Source: Candidatus Limnocylindrales bacterium | Lineage (GTDB): Bacteria; Chloroflexota; Limnocylindria; Limnocylindrales; CSP1-4 | DNA length: 41,700 nucleotides | Assembly (NCBI GenBank): GCA_046704485.1 | Contig: JBJKRU010000338.1 | Coordinates: forward strand, 1-41,700 | Reading direction: 5' to 3' | The notes under the pieces: generated by a model | What the model saw: only the letters and a program-made list of their open reading frames with translations | Told to the model about the DNA's origin: nothing | Databases searched by the model: none | Program-made: the position numbers and the translations under genes | Part shown: piece by piece, positions 10,323 through 19,145 of the stretch | Position numbering within the stretch: position 1 is the first letter of the stretch | Layout: every line of letters begins with the position of its first letter

Positions 10323-10952
10323 ATGGTAGATCTGCAGGAGCTCGGCACGGCTATCGAGGCGGGCGACCGCGCGAGCGCCACCCGACTGACCCGAGAGGCA
10401 CTCGACAACGGGGCGCCGCCGGCGACGATCCTCGAGGCGATGACGGGCGCGATGGGTGTCATCGGCCGCAAGTTCCAGGACGGCGAGATCTTCGTCCCCG
10501 AGATGCTCATCAGCGCACGGGCCATGAAGGAGGCGACCGTCATCCTGGAGCCGGTGCTCGTGGAGGCTGGGATCCGTCCCGAGTACACCGCGGTGGTCGG
10601 CACTGTCGAGGGCGACCTGCACGACATCGGCAAGAACCTCGTCGGCATGATGCTCAAGGGCGCGGCGATCGAGGTTGTGGACCTCGGTGTGAACGTGACG
10701 GCCGATCGGTTCGTCGAGGCAGCGCGGGAGCATGACGCCCGCCTCATCGGCCTCAGCGCCCTGCTGACCACCACCATGCCCAACATGCGCAAGGTCGTCG
10801 AGGCGATCAAGGCGGCAGGTGTGGACGCCAAGGTGATGATCGGCGGCGCCCCGACGACACCAGAGTTCGCTGCCCAGATCGGGGCCGACGGCTATGCGCC
10901 GGATGCGGGCGCCGCCGTTGACCTCGCCAAGGCGCTGCTCGAGAGCAAGTAG
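10323..10952 (+). CDS. Cobalamin-binding corrinoid protein (MtaC/MtbC/MetH-B12-domain type)
   Basis: I place the start at ATG 10323, with AAGGAG upstream, rather than ORF-track 10017. A helical cap domain precedes a Rossmann-like domain. The Rossmann-like domain has all three signatures: GDLHDIGKN (DxHxxG), LSALL (SxL) and IGGAP (GG). Confidence 0.9.
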   Translation: MVDLQELGTAIEAGDRASATRLTREALDNGAPPATILEAMTGAMGVIGRKFQDGEIFVPEMLISARAMKEATVILEPVLVEAGIRPEYTAVVGTVEGDLHDIGKNLVGMMLKGAAIEVVDLGVNVTADRFVEAAREHDARLIGLSALLTTTMPNMRKVVEAIKAAGVDAKVMIGGAPTTPEFAAQIGADGYAPDAGAAVDLAKALLESK

Positions 10953-10972
10953 GGCCAGCTGGGAGTCGCGCG

Positions 10973-12166
10973 ATGGGGATGTTCGAGACGGTCGGCCGCA
11001 CCAGCGGCCTCGGGGAGCCACGCAAGGCGTCGACCCTGGCGAAGGTTGAGCGCCTCGCGAAGACCTACAGGCACGAGGAGGCGGATCGGGTCCCGATCAG
11101 CGATTTCTTCTGGGGCGGTTTCAAGGACCGGTGGCGCCGAGAACTCGGTCTGCCGGCCGACGCCGACCCGTACTACTACTACGACCTGGACCTGATTGTC
11201 ACGGTCCCGAACATGGACCCGCATATCCGGGCGTTCCAGACGATCCGCGAGGACGAAGAGGAAGTCGTCATCAGGACCGGCTTCGAGACGACGATCCGCA
11301 AGCGGTTCGACCTGCCGATGCCCGAGCAGATGAGCTGGGAGACGGACTCCATCGAGAAGCTTGAGGCGTTCGAGTTCGACGACCCCGCTGATCCCCGTCG
11401 CTACTTCGAGGCAGGCGACAACCAGATTGCCGGTGTTGGCGACGGGTTCGAGCGCAACAGCCCGCCGTGGGTCGACACGGTCCGATCCCTCCGCCCTGAT
11501 TTCGCCGTCTACGGCAGCATCACCGAGTCATCGGAGATCTGCACCCGCCTCCTGGGCCAGCTGAACACCCTGATGTGGATCGGCGAGTACCCGGAGCGGT
11601 TCGGCGAGCAGCTACTGCGGATCGGCGAGTTCAGCTATGAGGTTGCCAAGGCCCAGATCGAAGCGGCCGATGGCCTCCTTGACGGCATGGTGATCTGGGG
11701 AGATGTCGCCTACCGCAAGAGCCTCTTCATGGCCCCCGACTACTGGCGCCGCTACTACAAGCCGACGGTGGCGCGCATCATCGCGTTGTCGCACGACCAC
11801 GGGCTGCCAGTCATGTACCACGGATGCGGCAATGCGAACGCAATCCTCGAGGACATGATCGAGATCGGCTTGGACGGCTACAACCCGCTGGAGGCAAAGG
11901 CCGACCTCGACGTCGTGACACTGCGCGAACGGCTTGGGCACCGGCTCACGTTCTGCGGCAACAGCGACATCCGCGTCTGGGAGCGAGGCGACAAGGCTGA
12001 GGTCCGGCACGAGGTGCTTCATCGTCTGCGCGCTGCCGAGGGCGGCGGGTACGTCTTCATGTCCGACCACTCGGTGGCCTCGGATGTATCGGGCGAGATG
12101 TACGACTACATTGTCAGGCTTGTGCGCGAGCACGGCGACTACCCTCTCGCCCTGCCTGCCGAGTAG
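10973..12166 (+). CDS. URO-D-superfamily methyltransferase (MtaA/CmuA-like)
   Basis: 397 aa. VMYHGCGNANAILEDMIEIGLDGYNPLE, FCGNSD and GGGYVFMSDHSV follow the MtaA/URO-D C-terminal pattern. GGGAG lies 7 nt upstream. Confidence 0.75.
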   Translation: MGMFETVGRTSGLGEPRKASTLAKVERLAKTYRHEEADRVPISDFFWGGFKDRWRRELGLPADADPYYYYDLDLIVTVPNMDPHIRAFQTIREDEEEVVIRTGFETTIRKRFDLPMPEQMSWETDSIEKLEAFEFDDPADPRRYFEAGDNQIAGVGDGFERNSPPWVDTVRSLRPDFAVYGSITESSEICTRLLGQLNTLMWIGEYPERFGEQLLRIGEFSYEVAKAQIEAADGLLDGMVIWGDVAYRKSLFMAPDYWRRYYKPTVARIIALSHDHGLPVMYHGCGNANAILEDMIEIGLDGYNPLEAKADLDVVTLRERLGHRLTFCGNSDIRVWERGDKAEVRHEVLHRLRAAEGGGYVFMSDHSVASDVSGEMYDYIVRLVREHGDYPLALPAE

Positions 12167-12410
12167 GCCCCTGGCGGTCCCCTTCTCTGCCCGGAACGCC
12201 GCATTCTCAGCGGGCCGGGCGCTCGCTTGCCGGCGCCTGGCACGGCTGGCGGGTCAGGGGAAACGAGATTGATGTTCCGACGTCGCGTGCCGCCAAGAGG
12301 TTGACCGCCGCGCCGTTCGAGGGTCGATCACGGGCGCTGTGGGCCTCCAAGACCTCTGTCGGCTGTGCTGCTGTGAGCAGCGACGCGCCATGTGCGCGAG
12401 ACAGAGCACT

Positions 12411-12425
12411 GAACAATCGTTTATC
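12411..12425. promoter_or_regulatory. Weak type-2 operator-like site (GAACAATCGTTTATC) upstream of the AKR operon
   Basis: It shares the core ACAAwCGTTT with the sites at 27807 and 29068, but its dyad symmetry is poor. It overlaps a possible GAGACA / 18 nt / TATCCT promoter (12398-12427). Confidence 0.3.
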
Positions 12426-12481
12426 CTTCTCGTGATGCAGCGCCGACCGGGTGGAGCGCAAGCAGATCGGAGGTCGCATGG

Positions 12482-13546
12482 GTGAGTCGGCATGAGGACG
12501 CCGACGGTCGAGCGATGAACCCGGCCTTCGAGCTTGTCCCGCTCGCCCAGTCGGGCCTTCAGGTCACAAGACTGGGGTTCGGGGCTGCCACGATCGGCGG
12601 GCTCTTCGACGTCGTCACCGACGAGGGTGCGGTTGCCGCGGTCGACCGCGCCTACGATCTGGGGATCCGGTACTTCGACGTAGCGCCCCTCTACGGCTAC
12701 GGCCAGGCCGAACGCCGGGTCGGCGCCGCGCTCGAGGCTCGGCCGCGGGACTCATTCGTCCTGTCGACGAAGGTCGGTCGTCGGTTGGTCCCGCGCGACC
12801 GGATCACCACGGAGATGGACGTCGACCTGCAAGCGGTCGGCGGCAAAGAGGACTTCTACTACCCCGAGGGGACGCCGCCCGTCCGGCCAGTGTTCGACTA
12901 CAGCTTCGACGGCACCATGCGGTCGGTCGAGGAGAGCCTCGGGCGACTCGGCATGGACCGGGCCGACATCCTGCTGATTCACGATCCGGACAACCACGTC
13001 GACGCCGCGATGCGGGGAGCCTACCCGGCCCTCCGGCGTCTCCGGGACGAGGGGGTGGTCCGGGCCATCGGCGTCGGCATGAACCAGGCGACCCTGCTCG
13101 CTCGATTCGCCGAGCGCTGCGACCTCGATCTCGTCTTGGTCGCCGGTCGATACACGCTCCTCGAACATGACGCGCTCGATGAACTGCTGCCGATCTGCGC
13201 CCGCCGCGGGACCGCCGTTGCCGTGGCAGGCGTCTTCAACAGCGGGATCCTCGCCAACCCGCGCCCAGGCAGTCGGTTCAACTACGTTCCCGCTGACGGA
13301 GCACTCGTGGAACGGGCCGAGCGACTTGCCTCCATCGCAGCGTCTCACGGCGTGTCACTCAAGGCCGTCGCTCTCCAGTTTGCGATTGCCCACCCAGCGG
13401 TCTCCTGCATGGTGGCGGGGGTGCGCACGGTTGCACAGCTGGAGGACTACCCGGCGTTGTTCGCCGAGCGCATTCCTGCCGACCTCTGGGCCGAGCTGAA
13501 GACGGAGCGCCTCCTTCCGGCCGAGGCTCCTGTCCCTGTCGGCTGA
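12482..13546 (+). CDS. Aldo-keto reductase, L-fucose/L-galactose (D-threo-aldose) 1-dehydrogenase-like
   Basis: Motifs are GFGAATIGG, DVAPLYGYGQAERRVG, LSTKVGR and IHDPD. The GTG at 12482 has GGAGG 8 nt upstream. ATG 12515 is an alternative start. Confidence 0.8.
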   Translation: MSRHEDADGRAMNPAFELVPLAQSGLQVTRLGFGAATIGGLFDVVTDEGAVAAVDRAYDLGIRYFDVAPLYGYGQAERRVGAALEARPRDSFVLSTKVGRRLVPRDRITTEMDVDLQAVGGKEDFYYPEGTPPVRPVFDYSFDGTMRSVEESLGRLGMDRADILLIHDPDNHVDAAMRGAYPALRRLRDEGVVRAIGVGMNQATLLARFAERCDLDLVLVAGRYTLLEHDALDELLPICARRGTAVAVAGVFNSGILANPRPGSRFNYVPADGALVERAERLASIAASHGVSLKAVALQFAIAHPAVSCMVAGVRTVAQLEDYPALFAERIPADLWAELKTERLLPAEAPVPVG

Positions 13547-13623
13547 TCATTGAGCGGCCCCACCAGGGCCAGAAGCGACCACAGATCGTCCCGGCCATTC
13601 CGGGAGCGGCACAGGAGGACACG

Positions 13624-14514
13624 GTGCGCCTGATCTCGCTGGAGGGGCCGCACGGGGCACCTCAGCTGGGCGTTGTTGTCGACGGCCGGGTGCTGGCGGC
13701 GGTGGACTTGCTGCCTGACGCGCCGCCAGACATGGCCGGGCTGCTGGCTGGAGACCCGGACCTCTTGGTGGAGCTTGCAGCCGCGGCGACCGCAGCCGGC
13801 CCAGAGGCTGGCGTGCAGCTCGACGCCGTCCGTTTGCTCGCGCCCGTCCCGGCGCCGGGGAAGATCGTGGCGATCGGCCGGAACTACGCGGACCACGCGG
13901 CGGAGGAAGGCGCAGATGCGCCGGGAGCGCCGCTGATCTTCGCGAAGTTCCCGAGCTCCGTCATCGGGCCCCGCGGCGAGATTCGCTGGGATCCTTCCCT
14001 GACAGCCCAGGTCGACTACGAAGCAGAGCTTGCCGTCGTGATCGGCCGATCGGCCTCCAGGGTCGCAGAGCGGGAGGCGCTGGACTACGTGCTCGGCTAC
14101 ACGTGCCTGAACGACGTGACCGCACGTGATCTCCAGTTCGGCGACGGCCAATGGGTGCGCGGCAAGTCGCTGGACACGTTCTGCCCGATGGGCCCCTGGC
14201 TTGTGACACCGGATGAACTCGGCAACCCCGATGACCTGCGGATCACCTGCACGCTCAACGGCGAAGAGGTGCAGGACGACCGCACGTCATCGATGTACCA
14301 CGGCGTCGCACGACTCATTAGCTACTGCTCGCAGGCGTTCACGCTCATGCCGGGTGACGTCATCGCGACGGGGACCCCGGCCGGGGTCGGGATCTTCCGG
14401 ACACCGCCACTCCTTTTGACCGACGGCGATGTGGTCGTCGTGTCGATCGAGGGCATCGGCGAGCTGGTCAACACGTGCCGTTTCGAGCGCGCGCAGGAGG
14501 CAACACTGGCATGA
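13624..14514 (+). CDS. Fumarylacetoacetate-hydrolase-family protein (2,4-diketo-3-deoxy-6-deoxyhexonate hydrolase candidate)
   Basis: GTG start with SD CAGGAGGA. Motifs are GRNYADHAAE, DYEAELAVVIGR, GYTCLNDVTARD and GDVIATGTPAGVG. Confidence 0.9.
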   Translation: MRLISLEGPHGAPQLGVVVDGRVLAAVDLLPDAPPDMAGLLAGDPDLLVELAAAATAAGPEAGVQLDAVRLLAPVPAPGKIVAIGRNYADHAAEEGADAPGAPLIFAKFPSSVIGPRGEIRWDPSLTAQVDYEAELAVVIGRSASRVAEREALDYVLGYTCLNDVTARDLQFGDGQWVRGKSLDTFCPMGPWLVTPDELGNPDDLRITCTLNGEEVQDDRTSSMYHGVARLISYCSQAFTLMPGDVIATGTPAGVGIFRTPPLLLTDGDVVVVSIEGIGELVNTCRFERAQEATLA

Positions 14515-15512
14515 CCGAGTCACCCGTCGAGCGCTTCTTGGTCACCGGCGCACTCGGCTGCATTGGGGCGTGGACCGTGCGTGACCTGGCTCGGGAAGGT
14601 GTGCCAGTTGTCGCCTTCGACGTCGCGGCATCCCCGCGCCGTGTGCGCAACCTGTGCACAGACGAGGAGTTGGAGCGAATCACCTTCGTCACCGGCGACA
14701 TCACGGAGCTGTCCTCGGTGGAGTCGGCCCTGGACGATCACGGGATCACGAACGTCATCCACCTTGCCGCTCTCCAGGTGCCGTTCTGCCGTGCTGATCC
14801 TGTGCTCGGTGCACGGGTGAATGTCGTGGGCACCGTGAACGTGCTGGAGGCGATACGACGCCGCAGCGACCGGATCCGGCAATTCGTGTACACGGGCTCG
14901 GTGGGCATGTTCGACGCCGCTGACGCCGACCCGGGCACTGGGCGACTTGAGGCGGACGCAGCTGCCCATCCCGTCAACCACTACGGCGTCTACAAGCAGG
15001 CGAACGAGGGCAACGCCCGGGTGTATTGGCTTGACAACGGCGTCTCTTCGATCGGATTGCGGCCGATGACGGTGTACGGGCCGGGCCGGGACCAGGGGCT
15101 GACCAGCACGCCGTCGAAGGCCATCCTCGCCGCCCTCCTCGGTCAGCCGATCACGATCGGCTTCAGCGGGAGGACGCTGTTCCAGTACGCGGACGATGTG
15201 GCGCGGACTCTGATCATGGCGAGCCGCGCCGCATTGCGGGGGGCCAACACGTTCAACCTTGGCGGCGAGCTGGTGGATCTGCACGAATTCGTGCACTACG
15301 TGGAGGAACAGGTTCCGGGCAGCGAAGGCCTCATCGCCGTGGACGGCGCACCACTGCCCTTCCCCGAGGACATCTCAGCTGAAGGCTTGGCGGCGGTCGG
15401 ACCTGCCCCGGTAAGGCCGATCCGCGAAGGCATCGCCGAGACGATCGCCTTCTTCCGCCGCCTGATGGATTCCGGTCGGCTGGTGCCGGTCGAGCACGGT
15501 CTCCAACCCTGA
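14511..15512 (+). CDS. Extended SDR (NAD-dependent epimerase/dehydratase family)
   Basis: ATG 14511 overlaps the FAH stop (ATGA). Motifs are VTGALGCIGAW (GxxGxxG) and YGVYK (YxxxK). Confidence 0.85.
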   Translation: MTESPVERFLVTGALGCIGAWTVRDLAREGVPVVAFDVAASPRRVRNLCTDEELERITFVTGDITELSSVESALDDHGITNVIHLAALQVPFCRADPVLGARVNVVGTVNVLEAIRRRSDRIRQFVYTGSVGMFDAADADPGTGRLEADAAAHPVNHYGVYKQANEGNARVYWLDNGVSSIGLRPMTVYGPGRDQGLTSTPSKAILAALLGQPITIGFSGRTLFQYADDVARTLIMASRAALRGANTFNLGGELVDLHEFVHYVEEQVPGSEGLIAVDGAPLPFPEDISAEGLAAVGPAPVRPIREGIAETIAFFRRLMDSGRLVPVEHGLQP

Positions 15513-15548
15513 CCACACCTTGCGCTCCGCGACCCGCGCCATACCCTC

Positions 15549-16610
15549 CTACGTCCGGCGAACCCGGAACGACCGGCGCGGCGGGGGAGCCGTCGAAGCT
15601 CGGATCATCAGCTCGGGGGCCGGCTCTGCGACCACGAGGTCCGCGGGACGTTCGCCCTTGAGCCGCTGCGTCAGGAGCGCCACGGCCGTCTCCCCGAGCT
15701 CTCGCATCGGCATCCTGACAGTGGTCAGGGGTGGCCAGCACGTCTCCGCGAGCCACGCGTCATGGATGGCCACGATTGACAACTGATCAGGGACGGCTAG
15801 GCGGAGCTCGTGAGCCGCCTGCACCACGCCCATCGCGGCCACGAGATTGGACACCACGACGGCCGTCGGACGGCGGCGTCCGGAGAGGAGGGTGATTGCC
15901 GCCTCGTGGCCGTTGGCCGCCGAGTAGCCGGCTCTGAGCACCCAACCCGACCGCCGGCGCATGCCCGCTGCGTTGAGTGCCTGGACGAACCCGATCTCAC
16001 GATGGCGGCCCGTGTAGCTGTGCTCATCGCCACCGATAAGCCCCAAGTCTCGATGACCCAGGCCGAGCAGGTGCTCGGCGGCGACGCGACCGCCGGCGGC
16101 ATCGTCGAGCACGACGGACCCGCGTCTTGCGCCACGGGAGTTCACAAGCACGAAGGGGACCTTGTCGCGCATGATCTCGGTGAACTCGCGGAGGTCGATC
16201 TCGTCGCTCCTCTGGACGAGGAACCCGTCGACACGACCCTGGCCAACGAGCTCTCGCAGAAGGTGCCCGCCGGGCTTGAGCCGCTCGAACTTGCCGATGA
16301 GCAGCTGGAGCCCCGCCTTCTCGCTCGCGATCTCGACGCCGCCGATCAACTCCTCGAACACGGGGGTGACAAGCTGGGGGACGATGAGGCAGATCGCGGA
16401 GGCTCGGGCGGTCCGAAGGGAACGGCCTGCCGAACTCGGCGTGTAGTCCAGCACGCGAGCCGCATCCTGGATCCGCTTCCGGGTTTCGTCTCGAGCACGG
16501 AGGACGGGATCTCCATTCAGCTCGCGAGAGACGACGGAGACCGAGACGCCGGCCAGTCGCGCGACATCACGCAGGGTCGCCCGCGCGTGTGACCGTCCCG
16601 GCGATCTCAT
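15549..16610 (-). CDS. LacI-family transcriptional repressor (LacI-2)
   Basis: HTH ATLRDVARLAGVSVSVVSRELNG and YTPSSAGRSLRT, followed by a sugar-binding domain. I place the start at ATG 16610 rather than 16643. Confidence 0.9.
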   Translation of the reverse strand: MRSPGRSHARATLRDVARLAGVSVSVVSRELNGDPVLRARDETRKRIQDAARVLDYTPSSAGRSLRTARASAICLIVPQLVTPVFEELIGGVEIASEKAGLQLLIGKFERLKPGGHLLRELVGQGRVDGFLVQRSDEIDLREFTEIMRDKVPFVLVNSRGARRGSVVLDDAAGGRVAAEHLLGLGHRDLGLIGGDEHSYTGRHREIGFVQALNAAGMRRRSGWVLRAGYSAANGHEAAITLLSGRRRPTAVVVSNLVAAMGVVQAAHELRLAVPDQLSIVAIHDAWLAETCWPPLTTVRMPMRELGETAVALLTQRLKGERPADLVVAEPAPELMIRASTAPPPRRSFRVRRT

Positions 16611-16759
16611 CGTGGGCCTCCATCGAGCCGTGACCCATGGCATGGGAACGGCCCCTCGGGGTCATGAGCGGCCGCGCGCCACCAATCTATCCGGTGCGCG
16701 ACCCGGACGCGTCATTGGTGTTCCGGCCGCCACTCGGGTCTGTCTCGGGCAACGCGCAG

Positions 16760-17131
16760 CTAGGCCTCGTGAAACACCTCGGGGATCGCCGTCCACCACT
16801 CCCCGGGTCGCACGTCCCGTGTCTGAAGCTGGCACGGCTTGCACACGTCCCACCACCGCTGGGTCTCGGGGTCCTCGGCCATGCGCGCCATGTCGGCCTC
16901 GTAGTCGGAGCCCACGTATTCGTAGTAGCTGAACAGCAGGTCGCCGTACCGGTAGATCGAGTAGTTGCGAATGTTGCAGGCGGTGATCATCGCCAGCACA
17001 CCCGGCCAGACCGCAGCATGCAGGGCGAGGTACTCCTCGGCATGCTCCGGCCGGAGCCCGATGACGCTCGCATATCGCTGGACGACAGTCGTGCCTGGCA
17101 GGGGGACGCCCGCCGGGCCTTGCTCGCTCAT
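16760..17131 (-). CDS. rhaM: L-rhamnose mutarotase
   Basis: 123 aa matching the RhaM/YiiL pattern (EYLALHAAVWPGV, IRNYSIY, DPETQRWW). Its start overlaps the permease stop (ATGA). Confidence 0.9.
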   Translation of the reverse strand: MSEQGPAGVPLPGTTVVQRYASVIGLRPEHAEEYLALHAAVWPGVLAMITACNIRNYSIYRYGDLLFSYYEYVGSDYEADMARMAEDPETQRWWDVCKPCQLQTRDVRPGEWWTAIPEVFHEA

Positions 17132-18057
17132 CCCTTCACCGATCCCATCATCTGGCCACGCATCAGGTACCGCTGCGCGATCACGAACACGATGAGCACC
17201 GGGATGATCGAGACCGTGGTCGCCAGCGCCAGCTCCGGCGTGTAGAGCTTCACGTCGAGGCCAGCCGCCTTGGTCGGGTCGTACAGCGGGCTTGAGCCCA
17301 CGAGCTGCTGAAGGCCGATCGACATCGTGTAGTGCCTGTCGATCGGCAACAGCACGAGCGGCAGGAAGTAGTTCGTCCAGTTGGCGACGAAGCTGAAGAA
17401 GACGACGAGCGCCACCGCCTGTCGCGATACAGGGACGGCGATCCGCCAGAACACACCGATCTCCGACAGCCCGTCGATGCGCGCGGCTTCAACCAACTCG
17501 GTGGGCAGCGCTGTCATGAAGTGGATGTACGAGAGGTACACCCCGAACGGGTAGAAGCCCATGATCACGATGACCGGCCAGAACTGGTTCACAGCGCTGA
17601 TCGCGCTGACTTCGAGGAACAGCGGGATCACGAGCACGGTATTGGGCATCACCATGGTGAGCAGGGTGATGAAGCGGATGACGCGGCGGCCGCGGAAGTG
17701 GAGCTTGGCGAGCGCATATCCCGTGGGGATCGCCGTGAGCACCGCGAGTGCGGCGCCGCCTCCGGCGACTAGGAGCGAGTTCTCGAGCCACACGACGAAG
17801 ATGCCGTTGTTGAAGCGGACGACCTCGTTCCAGTTGGCAACCGCGCTTGAGATGGACAGCCCGAGGGGCGAGAAGATGCCGTATGGCACTGCCCCGACGT
17901 CATTGTGCGACCGGAAGCCGATCGCAAAGAACGTCGCCATCGGGATGGCGAACAGGAGGCCCGCCACGACGAGCAGGCCGACCCTGCCGAATCGCGAGCG
18001 CGTCCAGTGTGCGTGCCCGGCCCGCGTCGCCGGGCGGACGTCAACGGTGGTGGCCAC
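17128..18057 (-). CDS. Carbohydrate ABC transporter permease (MalG-like)
   Basis: Six predicted hydrophobic segments and the EAA loop LVEAARIDGLSEIGVFWRIAVPV. GTG start. Confidence 0.9.
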   Translation of the reverse strand: MATTVDVRPATRAGHAHWTRSRFGRVGLLVVAGLLFAIPMATFFAIGFRSHNDVGAVPYGIFSPLGLSISSAVANWNEVVRFNNGIFVVWLENSLLVAGGGAALAVLTAIPTGYALAKLHFRGRRVIRFITLLTMVMPNTVLVIPLFLEVSAISAVNQFWPVIVIMGFYPFGVYLSYIHFMTALPTELVEAARIDGLSEIGVFWRIAVPVSRQAVALVVFFSFVANWTNYFLPLVLLPIDRHYTMSIGLQQLVGSSPLYDPTKAAGLDVKLYTPELALATTVSIIPVLIVFVIAQRYLMRGQMMGSVKG

Positions 18058-18070
18058 GGTCTCGTTCCCC

Positions 18071-19015
18071 CTAGTCCTGGGACCCGAACAGCCCGCTCCG
18101 GCTCACGATGAGCAGGCCGAGGCCGAGGGAGATCGCGAGCAGCAAGACGGACATGGCCGCTGCAGCCGGCGTGTTCATGATCTGGTAGGCGTACGTGTAG
18201 CTCAACTGGTTGGGTGTCCACTGGGGCGAGATGAGCCCGTGGGTTGCCTGGCTCATGACCTGTGGCTCGACGAACAACTGGAACCCATACGCGATGTTGA
18301 GGAGGAGCATGTAGCCGAGCCACGGCCGGATGATCGGGAGCTTGATCCTCCAGGCCAACGCGACGGGACCTGCCCCGTCCACGATCCCGGCCTCGAGCAC
18401 CTCCTCGGAGATGGCATTCAGGCCGCCATTGACGATCACAAGCCACGTGCCGGCCCCCTGGAAGAAGAGCATTGCGGCCAGGATCACCGGGAGGTGGGCG
18501 GGCTGCGCCACCTCATTCAAGTTCGTGAAGCCGAAACCGTTCCACAGGAAGTCGAGCGGGCTCTGCCCCGGGTTGAGCAGGAAGAGCCAGAGCATGAAGT
18601 TCGCGGTCCCCGCCAGCGCGCCGGGGATGTAGTACAGGATGCGCATCGACCCGCCGAGCCGTCCCGGGCTCGCGTGCACCAGCAATGCCAGGCCGACCAC
18701 GCCGACCATCATGATCGGGAGCCACACCGCAAGGGTGATCAGGATGTGGCCGAACGTCGAGAAGAAGCGGAAGTCGCCGATGATGCGCGAGAAGTTGGCG
18801 AACCCCGCGAACCCCTGGCCGCTGTCGAGCTGGAAGCTCTGCACGATGGCGTAGATCGTCGGGATGATCCCCGCCACCAGCAGAAGCAGTACGTAAGGTC
18901 CCACGAGGATGGCCGCGCCGACGCCCTCAGGGCGGCGCAGCTGGCCTGTCGGCCGTCTCCTAGCCCGCGCTTCTGACGTGGAGCCGTTGTCAAGGAGTGC
19001 CTTCTCGCCTGCCAT
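18071..19015 (-). CDS. Carbohydrate ABC transporter permease (MalF-like)
   Basis: Hydrophobic segments and the EAA loop VLEAGIVDGAGPVALAWRIKLPII. Confidence 0.9.
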   Translation of the reverse strand: MAGEKALLDNGSTSEARARRRPTGQLRRPEGVGAAILVGPYVLLLLVAGIIPTIYAIVQSFQLDSGQGFAGFANFSRIIGDFRFFSTFGHILITLAVWLPIMMVGVVGLALLVHASPGRLGGSMRILYYIPGALAGTANFMLWLFLLNPGQSPLDFLWNGFGFTNLNEVAQPAHLPVILAAMLFFQGAGTWLVIVNGGLNAISEEVLEAGIVDGAGPVALAWRIKLPIIRPWLGYMLLLNIAYGFQLFVEPQVMSQATHGLISPQWTPNQLSYTYAYQIMNTPAAAAMSVLLLAISLGLGLLIVSRSGLFGSQD

Positions 19016-19093
19016 GTGCGCTCCGTGCTTCGTCCCCGGGACAGAGGTCCCGCCCGTATCAGTATGTGACCCTAGCGGGCGGTCGATGACGAC

Positions 19094-19120
19094 GGGAGGC
19101 GGCCCGAGGGGCCGCCTCCC
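19094..19120 (-). other. Perfect 11-bp intercistronic stem-loop between the SBP and permease genes
   Basis: GGGAGGCGGCC (19094-19104), a 5-nt loop, then GGCCGCCTCCC (19110-19120). It lies about 26 nt after the SBP stop codon and has no U-tract. Confidence 0.6.
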
Positions 19121-19145
19121 GTCGCCTTGTGGTGCGCGGAGCGCG

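Noticed and set aside
12207-12493. 90-aa and 79-aa minus-strand ORFs in the long intergenic gap
   Set aside because: They have no SD, an odd composition and no motif. They overlap promoter-like and hairpin elements and are more likely non-coding.
16634-16646. Near-palindrome CCCATGgCATGGG about 25-35 nt upstream of the LacI-2 start, and the CACCAAT ... ATTGGTG inverted repeat at 16679-16720
   Set aside because: These are single occurrences with no relative elsewhere in the window. The palindrome is short enough to arise by chance in this composition, and the wider inverted repeat is a weak long-loop stem. I cannot distinguish an autoregulatory site or terminator from noise.
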